Shown: positions 52,736 through 64,000 of the stretch, piece after piece | Layout: each line of letters opens with the position of its first letter | Position numbering within the stretch: the stretch's first letter is position 1 | NCBI RefSeq assembly: GCF_009914755.1 | Contig: NC_060931.1 | Direction: 5' to 3' (one strand) | Source: the human T2T-CHM13v2.0 reference genome, Homo sapiens | Length of the DNA stretch: 64,000 nt | Translations under genes and position numbers: made by a program | The notes under the pieces: generated by a model | The model's database searches: none | What the model was told of the DNA's origin: nothing | The model's input: only the letters and a program-made list of their open reading frames with translations

Positions 52736-55513
52736 GAAATTCACCTATAACATCATTTTCTCCTAAAGAGAAGCCTGAGAAGATAGTTCTGTACATTTGA
52801 ATTTCTTAATATACGTGGACACCAAATATAAACAGAACTAATTTTGTGAAGGTTCACTTGACTTCTTTATGATAATCGAGATTACTGGAAACTGTGAAAT
52901 AAATACATACTAGCACACTTTCTCAAATAAAGTCACTCAGTATAAAATTTGGAAGTTCACAAAACCTCTTGAGGGAAAAAAAAACTACATATTTAAGAAT
53001 CAATATCTAAGTGCTCATAATATTCAACATGCAATTTCTAAGCATCTACCATGTGCTAGTAATTACTCTTGACTCTAGAATATCAAAGATGAGGAATCAA
53101 AACAGTCATACATGGAAGGCATCATAAATTGCACAGTTAGTTAAGAGAAAAAGCACATGAAATTGGAAAACAGAAGATGCGTTTTACCTTTTTATGCTAC
53201 TTGAAAAAGGCATAAGATAAACCTCATACTTTGCATAATATTCTCATTCCATCAAACACAAAAAAGAAAAACCAAAACTTCCTCTAATATCTCAATTGCT
53301 GTTCTATTTTTATCCACAAATGATAACATGGTTGAGGAACTAACTTACATCTTTGTAATTAGGTGCACTATAGATTTGAACCTATCATTATTAGGATGCT
53401 TTTAAATAGATCAAGTCCTTCTTGTCAACTAAATTCTTGCTATTGAAAGCCACACATTGAGATATGAAGCAATTCAATGGTAATAGTATTGAGGCAACCA
53501 TAGTAGTTCTGCCCAAATGATTCAATCACACTCTACTAATTGGTGATCCATATTTCACTTCATAATCAAAGTAAGAAAAGAGACTCATCTCTATAGAGCC
53601 CTTGAAAACTCTTTTCATCATCACTGTATCACAGTCTTAGCATTACATAGACCATGCTATTGCCAACACAGCACAATCAATGAGTTAGAGCATTGCAGCC
53701 AAGAATACGTATTCAAAGATTATACTTGGAGAAACTGCAAGAGGAAAGATTGAGACTTGGGAATCGTGTCCCTGAGTTAGGAAGCTAAAGTTCCAGCACT
53801 GATCAGAATTTGTGAAAGGAGAGCAAAATAGAATAAACAGTTATAGTTAGCAAAGGCCATCCCTCAGCCAAACTAATAATTACCAGTCTCTTTTAGGAAG
53901 GAAAAACTGGAAAACTGTCTCAAAATTAGCAATGTAACCTTTACAGTTTGTTTCCTAAGAGTCTGTATATTAAACCATATACAGTTTTCATTATAAATAT
54001 GGGTTAATTTCCTGACTAAAGAACTTCAATTACAACTACATAAACACCATATTTCCAAAAACATATTAAAATTTTAACCTTTATGAAGATTATATGTATT
54101 TTGTAATCACTGTCAAAAGAAACTTTGCCAGTTGCTAAGTAGAAAAATAACCAATGAAACACCAATTGTAGTTTCTCCCTATACAGTTACAAATGTAGCC
54201 ATGCATAAGAGAAATACTTCTGCCTACCATTGACTTTTTCAACTCAGTTAGTTATGTATTGGTGCCAGAAATATTATCTAGATTTTAAATTTGTAAAAGT
54301 CTCATAATCAAATTTGATTGTGCTATTGAAGAAAATGTTATTGAATTGTAAAATCAATTGAAAAACACTGCATACATTTAATTTTTAATTTTTCCAAAAG
54401 ACTGTTACTAAATCAATGGTGCATATTACAATTGAGGAAATACGGTGGCTACCTATACTCATCATTGATAAAACTGTGGATCTTCTTTCCATGAAAATAC
54501 ATTTATATATGTGTATCAATAATATTATTTATAAATGCCAAAGGAACAAAAATTAACTACCAGAAGCCAATTCATGAATATTTGATTAAGAAACTTGATC
54601 TACATAATTAAATATTTACTCAGTCATTTAGTTTGCATAAATTATTTTTGAAAAGGATAAAAAACCCCAGGACTTCCAGGGACCATCCAGGCAGCAGGAG
54701 TTGGAGAACATCAAGGTCAAAGGCTTTGGGAGAGCCATGGTGGTAACTGGAAGTTTAGGACCCCCTTAAAGGCACCCAGGTTGTGAATAAATAAATAAAG
54801 GAATAAATAAATAATCAACAGTACTGTGCTGAGGCAATAAATTATGTCAGTAGGGATGAATTCACCTGAATATGTTACGTTTGGAATTAGTGGTCTATTA
54901 CTTGGGATTGGATTAGTGCCAAGTATTATGCTTGGGGAGTGTGAAGCTGATCTTGTCAAAGCACCCACTTCCAAAGAACTCACAAATATGTGGGATGGGA
55001 AAAATAAATATAATACAATAACATAGGCCCAAGGGATGCACCATTGCTGGGAGAACACAAAGCAACTGTGTATAAAGGGGATGTTTTTCAAGAACGGGAC
55101 CCTAAAAGGGATTTCAAGAGTGTCAGTTTTATTTCAAGAGTCAGCCCTGGCTTCCTGCCCACTGTGCACTGGCCTATTTCTGGGGATACTCTTAAGGTAC
55201 CTCATGAGTTTACAAAGTTATGCATTTTATTCAAATGTGTTTTATAAGAACAAAAACTCAGAGAAAACTTAATGCTTTTATTATTTGAGTAAAGCTTTGC
55301 CATATTAAACATTTGGGAGAATATTCATTAATACATGTTGTTTTACTTCCCCAAAATGGATAAACATGGGGTGCATTAGGCTGAGTCCAATTATTAAAAA
55401 GAAAAACATAAAAATGTTAAAAAAAAACTTTTCAACATACAGGTGAAAAAATGCTGAATGCCAAAGACAAAAAGAAAATCTTAAAAACGTCAAGAGGAAA
55501 AAAAAGTATGTCA

Positions 55514-55894
<381 letters not shown>

Positions 55895-57964
55895 TCACAG
55901 ATAAAAAAAATTGAGAGAATTTTTGACTAGCAAATCTCCCTTTCACTAGAAATACTAAAGAAGTTTCTTCAGGCTGATAGGATGTGACTCCAGGTGATAA
56001 TTTGAGTCCACATGAAAAAACAGTGCCAGTAAAGGTAATTTTGTAATTATTAAATAAAGTATAAATAAATATTTCTCCTTAGTTCTTTTAAATGATTTAA
56101 ATAAATTTGCATAAAACTATATACGCGTGTATGTGTGTGTGTGTGTATATATAGTGTATTATTGGGTCTATAACATAAAGAAAGATAATATATTTAACCC
56201 TGACAGCACAAAGGAGATGGGTGGAAACAAAGATGTATTGGAATGACTCTAGATAATAACTCTAACCTACAGGAACAAATAAAGAGGACCAGAAATAATA
56301 AATAAGATTTAAATAACAAAAGCTGTAAATACATACTTGCTATCCTTTCTTCTCTCACAGTATTTAAAAATTATAACATATAAAATAATAATTATAATAA
56401 TGGATTGTTGAGTTTGCAATATTTATAGATGTAATATGTAAAATAATAATAGCACAAAGAGGGAAAAAGAGAATACAGCTGTATAACAGTAACTTTTCTA
56501 TGTATTAATGGATTGGGTTAGCATAAATCTAAAGCTGATTCTGAGAAGTTAAGCTATATATAATAAGCCTTAGAGTAACCCACCAGAAAATAATTCTAAA
56601 AATATATGATGAAAAAAAGTATTAAATTAAAATATTACATTAGAATATATTCACTTAATGAAAAATATGCCCTAAAGCAGGAATAGAAGAGCAAAAAAGA
56701 CATGACAGATACAGAAAACAAAAAGTTAATTGGCAGATGTAAATTCAACTGTATCAATAACATTAAATGTGAATAGATTAAATATCCCAACCAACTGACA
56801 GATTTTTAAAACGGATAGATTCAACTATATGCTGTTTACAGTATATACACATTAGAGTCAAAGATAAAAACAGACTGAAAGTAAAAGGATGAAAAAAGAT
56901 ATATAATGTAAACAGCACCCACAAGAAAGCTGGAGTGGCTATACTAATATGAGATGAAATAAACTTTAAAACAGGAAGTTTTATTAATGATAAAGATATA
57001 AATTTTATAATTACAAAAGGGTGAATTCACTGGGAAGATATAACAATTATAAACAACTAATATGAATGTACCAAAATACATGAAGGAAAACTTGACAGAA
57101 ATGAAGGGAGAAATAGAAAACAACAATAACAGTTGGGGACTTCAATACCCCACTTTCAATAATGGATAGAACAACTAGGCAGAAGATCAACAAGGAAATA
57201 GAAGACTTAAACAAAACTGTAAACAAATTAGACTTAACAGACATTTATAGGACACTCCACTCCACTCAACAATGACAGAACATTCATTCTTGCCGATTTG
57301 CATGAAACACTCCTCAGGTTAGACGTACATTAGGCCATAAAACAAACCTACACTTTCAAAATAAATTTGAAAATGTAGAAATAATATAAAGTATGTTCTC
57401 TAATCACAATGGGATTAAATTGAAGTCAATTACAGATATTTAAAAAAAACTCACAAATATGTGAAAATTAAACAATATATTCCTAAATAACTAATGAGTC
57501 AAAGAAAAAAACAAAAGGGAAATTAGAAAATACTTTGTAATGAAAACAAATAAAAACACAACATACCAAAATTTACAAAATACAATTAAAGCAGTACTTA
57601 CTGGGAAAGTTACCTGTATGTGCCTATGTTAAATAAAGAAAGAAATATACCATATGAATAATCTAACCTTGTACCTTAAAATGCTGAAAAAAATAAGAGC
57701 GAAGTAAACCTGAAATGGAAGAAAGGAAATAATAAAAATTAGAACAGAAATTGACAACAATAATATAAAAATAAGAGCTAAGAATCAGTGAAATCAAATG
57801 TTTCTTGAACGAATCAACAAAAACTGATGAAACTTTAGCTAGAATGACCAAGAAAAAATGGATGGGGCTTAAATTAATAGAATCAGAAATGAAAGAGAGG
57901 ACATATTGACTAACCTTAGAGAAAGAAAATTAATTATAAAGAACATGACAAAGAATCATATACA

Positions 57965-58264
57965 GGCCAGGTGCAGTGGCTCATGCCTGTATGTAATCCC
58001 AGCACTTTGGAAGGCTGAGATGGGCAAACTGCCAGGAGTTCAAGACCAGCCTAGGTGACATGGCAAAACCCTGTCTCTACCCAAAAAAAAAAAAAAAAAA
58101 ATTAGCAGGGGGTGGTGGCTTGTGCCTGTGGTCCCAGCTACTCAGGTGGCTAAGATGGGAGGATCACCTTGCCTGAGGAGGTTTAGGCTGCAGTAAGCTG
58201 TGAGCCCACCACTGCACTCCAGCCAGGGTGATACAGCAAGACCCTTTCTCAATAGATAAATAAG
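57965..58264 (+). mobile_element. AluJ (Jo/Jr-like)
   Basis: GGCTGCAGTAAGC and GGGAGGATCAC; TSD AGAATCAT(A/C)TACA. Confidence 0.93.
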
Positions 58265-59050
58265 AGAATCATCTACAAATATATCAAATAATATAGATAA
58301 AAAAGACAAATTTTTAGAATAACACAAACTACTAGAATTAACACAAGAATATACCACCTGAATAGCACTATAAGAAGTAAAGAAAATGAATTCATAATCC
58401 AAAATGTATCCACAAGAAAAGCCCAGGCCCATTGGCTTCACAGCTAAATTTTACCAAACATTTAAAGGATACAAGTTATTCACAAACTCTTTCAAAAAAT
58501 TAAAGATGAAAGAATACTTCCCAACTCAGTCTACAAGGTTAGTGTTATCTTGATACCAAAACAAGACAAAGACATCAAAAGAAAACTATGGATCAATGTC
58601 TCATAAAAATTGATACAAAAATGTTCAACAAAATTCTAGCCATGTGAATCCAACAAATCCAACAACATGGAAAAAGGATTATACACAATGAAATAGTGGA
58701 ATATATCTCAGGAATGCAAGGTTGGTATAATATCTGGAAATCAATTAATGTTAATACACCGTATCAACAGAATAAAATACAAAAGCCACATTAGCATCTC
58801 AATAGACTCAGAAAAAGCATTTTACAAACTCCAACACTGTTTCATAATAAATATACTCAACCAACTAGGAATAGAAGGTAATCTTCTCAACCTCATAAAG
58901 GGCATCTACAAAAAACCCACAGCTAACATTTCATGGTGAAAGACTAGAGGTTTTTCTACCTAAGATCAGAAGTAAGACAAGGATGTCCACTCTCACACTT
59001 CTATTCCATATTCTACTGGAAGTTCTAGCCATAGCAATTAAGTAACATAA

Positions 59051-59428
<378 letters not shown>

Positions 59429-61975
59429 TGAATTCTGCCTTGATCTTGGAAAAATGTCTAAATATAAATGCACTTTAGAAATAATTAGCAGAACTAATAA
59501 ATGAGTTCTGTAAGATTGCAGGATCAATATTAAAAATTCAGTCTTTCTGTATACTTGTGATGAACAATATGAAAATGAAATTAAGCAAAATATTTGATTT
59601 ACAGTAGCATAAACATAAGATAACTAGAAATAAAAATTTTAAAAGAAGAGTAAGACATACTGTGAAAACTACAAAACATAGTTGAAATAAATTAAAGAAT
59701 ATCTATGTAAATGGAAAAATGTACTGTATTCATGGATTGGAAGACCTAATATTTTTAAGATGACAATACTGCCCAAGGATGTACAGATTTCCCTGCACTC
59801 CCTATTGGAATTCCAGCTCACTTCTTTGTAGAAATTGGCAAGCTGATTCTAAAATCTCTGTGGAAATTCAAGAGATTAGTATAGACAAAACAGTCTTGAA
59901 ATAAAGATTATATTGGAAAGACTCACAATGCCCAATTCCAAAACTTAACTGGAAAGCAACATTGATCAAACAGTATGATGCTGATATAAGGATAGACGTA
60001 GACATATAGATCAAATGAACAGAATTAAGAACCTAAACTTACATATCTATGGTCAACTGATTTTTAACAAGGATTCCAAGTCATTTCAATGGAGAAATAA
60101 TAATTATTTGGACAACTGGTGTTGGCACACATTGATAATCACATGCAAAAGAATAAAGTTAGGCATATACTTCATATCATACATCAAAATTAACTTAAAT
60201 TGAGTCAAAGACCTCAATATAAGTACAAAAGTATAAGACCCTTAGAAGAAACCTTAGGTATAAGTCTTCATGACCTTGGATTTGGCAATAAATTCTTAGA
60301 CATGAAAGCAAAAATATGAACAATTAAGAAAAATAGATAAATTGGACATTATCAAAATCAAAAACTTTTGTGCTTAAAGAGCAATATCAAGAAAGGAAGA
60401 GAAAACCCACAGAATGGGATAAAACATCTGCAAATCATATATATAGTAACAAACTTTTGTCTAGAACATACATATCTCGTACAACTCAACAATAGGAAGA
60501 AAAATAACCCAATTTATAAAGATACATATGATTAAAATATGCAGCTCTCCAAAGAAGATGTATTAATGGCCATGAGAGATGCACATGAAAAGATGCTTGA
60601 CATCATTAGCCATCAGAGAAACGTAAATGGAAACCACAAGATTCCACTTCTCACCCACTAAGATGGCTAGAATAAAAAAGTCAGATGATAACATGTGTTA
60701 AAAAGGATGTGGAAAAATTGGAATACTCATACACTACTGGTGGGAATGTAAAATGGTGCATTCACTATGGAAGATACTCTGGTAGTTCCTCAAATGGTTA
60801 AGCATAGAGCTATCATATGGCTCAGCAACTCACTCCTGGCTACATACACTCAGGGGGAATGAAAACCCACATCCAAACTAAAACTTGCACATGAATGTCT
60901 ATAGCAGCATTAATTATAACAGTGAAAAAGTGGAAAGAACTCAAATTTCCATCAGCTGATGAATGGATAAGCAAAATGTATACTCATATACGGTCATAAA
61001 GAGAACTGAAGCACTGATATGTGCTGCAATATTGATAAACCTTGAAAACACTAGGCTAAGTGAAAAAAGTCACAAAAGACCACCTGTTGTGTAATTCCAT
61101 TTATATAAAATGTCCAAAATAGGCAGATCAACAAAGATAAAAAGTAGATTAGTGATTGTTTAGGAAGAGTTGGGGATAGGAGCATAGAAAGGTGACAGTT
61201 AAGTAGTATCAGTTTATTTTTGAAATAACAAAAATGTTATAAAATGTACTGTATTGGTTTTTGCACTGTAAATATATTAAAAATCATTGGTTTGTATGCT
61301 TTAAATGGGTGAACTGTATGCTATGTGTACTATGCCTGAGTAAGCTGTAAAAAATCTGCTTTTTAACATATCAGTTGTAGAACTGAACAATATTTACAAA
61401 ATTTGAAAAAGCATATGACCAAGTATTTTTTTCCCTTTGAAGTCTTGTGTTAATTACACCTCTGTTTCTGATTCATTAACATGCAATTCATTAGCGTGGC
61501 TTCTGAGGCAGCATTTGCTGACTAAGGGAACTGATAAATTTTTTACTTAGTGAACCTTGGTTAGATGCTTTTCTCTTTTCCCTCTGAACCGTGATGCTGT
61601 GCTTGACAACATTAGACTTAACTTAGCTCTGGGAAGGTCCATTTCCAGTTCCAAACTCAGATCTCAGGAACTGTGAGGGAGTCTTACATTTTGTAAAAAT
61701 GCAGAACATATTATTTCCTCTAATTTGAATGATAAAGTAGATTTCATGTGACACTGATGAGCAAGATAGCAAATTCAAAAGCCCAGAGTTTTTAGACATA
61801 TATAAATTAATACATAGCTGTATATAAATTAATACATAGCAAAGCCTAAAACGTGCTTTGCAGAAGTTCTTATTCCTGTGGCTGACACATTAGTGGAAAT
61901 GAGGAGGGGTGCTGTGCGGGTACTGCCAAGAAGAGGCAGGAAGAACAGTCCTGGCGAGGGCTTCCCCTGACTTAC

Positions 61976-62019
61976 TCTCATGCAGTGACTTTCTGCTAGC
62001 TCTCCTATGCAAGTTATGT
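61976..62019 (-). other. Candidate spliced micro-exon (44 nt)
   Basis: Minus strand: TTCACTTTTATTCTTCTTTCACAG| ... GAGA|GTAAGT; long pyrimidine tract; unique sequence. Confidence 0.4.
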
Positions 62020-62629
62020 CTGTGAAAGAAGAATAAAAGTGAAATTTTCTGTGAAAGGGGGATAGTGGGGAAGAGAAAAGAGATAGTATGGCTATTTATC
62101 AGATATTTAATTGTAGAATTGAAGTGCTGCAGAGACACTGACTCACAATTATTTAGGAGACACTGGCAGCTTCAAATCCTCAAGGCTGACAGCACGGAAC
62201 ATGTGCCATTTGTTGGAGTAGCAAGCATGGTATTGCCCCCAAGACATTAAATTATGTGCTAACTGTCCTCACCCTAAGAAGTTTACTATGTTTTCTAGGT
62301 TTTTCTGGTTGTTGATTGTTTGGTTTCAATGCACACAAGTAGCAGGACTATTGCCAAAGGAAGTGTCATGGCTTGCAAAGAGTGACATACAAGATCTATT
62401 TCACATCTTTCTATTTTTCCATTCCTCCATGTCTATACCTAGTGGCAATAATCCCAAAATTTTTGCAAAAATGTGCCAAGATATTTCATTTTAATATTAA
62501 ATCAGATATTAACTTGTTAGTGCCTACACCTTCTTCCGACCCAATAGAAACCCACCTATTATTTTTAAGACAGAAACAGCTTTAAAACCCTTCTCATTGC
62601 TGGGGAAGAGCCATCCTTATTCCAGCTGC

Positions 62630-62652
62630 ACTTGCAGTGAGTCACTGCAAGT
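62630..62652. promoter_or_regulatory. AP-1 site (TGAGTCA) at the centre of a 23-bp palindrome
   Basis: ACTTGCAGTGA-G-TCACTGCAAGT, perfect 11-bp arms. Confidence 0.5.
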
Positions 62653-62748
62653 AAATTAGATTTACCAAGAGAAAGGGAGGAGCTGAAGATGAAAACAATT
62701 TATCCCACCGAAATAATATTATTTAGGAGTCCAGCCTCCAAACCCTCA

Positions 62749-62760
62749 TCTCTCTCTCTC

Positions 62761-62798
<38 letters not shown>

Positions 62799-62806
62799 AC
62801 ACACAC
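62749..62806. repeat. Compound (TC)n-(AC)n microsatellite
   Basis: TC x6, then about 22 AC units with one G interruption. Confidence 0.95.
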
Positions 62807-63059
62807 TCTTTTGCACTTTTCACTGTAGCTTGGAAAGAACTTAAGTGTCCCCAATGCTAGCAACAAATTCAGATTTGAGGTAGTGAGTTGGTGCTCTTAG
62901 TTTTACCGCAGCCATGCTGGCATCAGACAGAAAGCTGAGAAAATCTGTTTTCAACAGGCACAGAATTGGAAAGGAGGAGAAAAGGTCAGAGAAATTAGCT
63001 TTTCTTCTTTTCCACAAAAGCAAAGGGTGATATTTTCATGTTTTCTATGATAATAATGA

Positions 63060-63290
63060 CCACAATTATAACAAGATTGAGTAGTTTTTAGGAAGTATGA
63101 AGTGCCAGATGCTAGTCTAAATCTTTTACATAGATAATCTCATTTAACCGACACACGTTTATGGATAGGTAACATCACTTAGCAAATGTGAGACCGGTAT
63201 ACAGAGATTGGGCACCTTGCACAGTATCACATTGCTGAGCTGGCACAAGGGAGATTTGAATCAAAAGCACTGACCTTGGATGCCAATGGC
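63060..63290 (-). mobile_element. MIR
   Basis: GTGCCAGATGC..CTTTTACATAGATAATCTCATTTAA..GAGATTTGAATC. Confidence 0.6.
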
Positions 63291-64000
63291 CTCACCTATG
63301 TGTAGCAGTAAATGGGGGTCTTGGGTAAGTGAACAAAACACATGGCCTGCATATTAGTTCAAGTCACCAACCATTTAATTTAAAATCTTCTATGTACAAT
63401 AAGAATCATGAAATCCAAATACATTTCTTCCTATCCCGTATTAAAATTAAATCACTAGAATTAAATAAGGAGGGGAAATTTTTACTTAATTTATATTTAG
63501 AACTTATTATTCCTGTGGTTGAAAAGAAGGGTTTTCAGTCATATGCATACAATACAATGTTTAATTCATAAAGCATTAAAAAAACCCATGAGACTGGGAT
63601 TACAGATTGATTGATATTCTATGAACATGACTAAGAGGTCCTATATAAAGTACCATAAAGTTAAAAGAAAACAAGTCTCCCTGCTGAACAGTCGTGACAG
63701 AATTGCTGCTTAAAAATAGATCAATCATATGATTTAAACAATTCCTCTGGAGGATAGGGAGGGGACATGAAGAAACTAGAATATTTAAAATATTAAAAAG
63801 TCCTTCTAGGGGCTTGAGAACAAACGCAGCTTTAACAATGTGGGCACCAAGCCCAAAACTGCCAAGTTGCCTTTGGGGATAAAGACATTTAACTGTGTTC
63901 CTAAATGTATAACAAAAAAGAATGCTTTCCTCTTCTTCTACCTCCCCTGTAATAAACAGTCAAAGATGCACCGTGTGAAAATAACGCATTTGGGCTTTGA

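Noticed and set aside
54717-55272. ORFs of 60-124 aa in apparently unique sequence
   Set aside because: No homology, motif or splice support; within chance expectation.
62914-63030. GCAGCCATG-initiated 38-aa plus-strand ORF (MLASDRKLRK...)
   Set aside because: Too short and unrecognised; a Kozak-like context alone is not enough.

Overview
Primate (human-like) AT-rich, CpG-poor non-coding DNA, mostly transposable elements: L1s of many ages, seven Alus, solo LTRs (MER41B-like and others), DNA-transposon relics (MER30, Charlie1, Tigger4a, MER63), L2 and MIR. I recognise no cellular protein-coding gene, RNA gene or CRISPR array; nearly all listed ORFs are decayed L1/Alu frames. Subfamily names come from recalled consensus diagnostics and need RepeatMasker/Dfam confirmation. 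Best observations: (1) two full-length head-to-head L1PA6-like elements (6222-12384 minus, 17733-23909 plus), apparently inserted independently, share at least 12 non-consensus substitutions including the same ORF2 nonsense codon, pointing to gene conversion between the arms of a ~6-kb inverted repeat; (2) three locally templated insertions copied from 1.5-2.1 kb away, plus other template-switch scars; (3) an open L1 ORF0 frame in the left L1; (4) a MER41B LTR with an intact GAS site and a perfect 50-bp tandem duplication; (5) a 23-bp palindrome centred on an AP-1 site next to a well-formed minus-strand micro-exon, and other candidate splice signals. I found no clearly new biological system; these are hypotheses to test.
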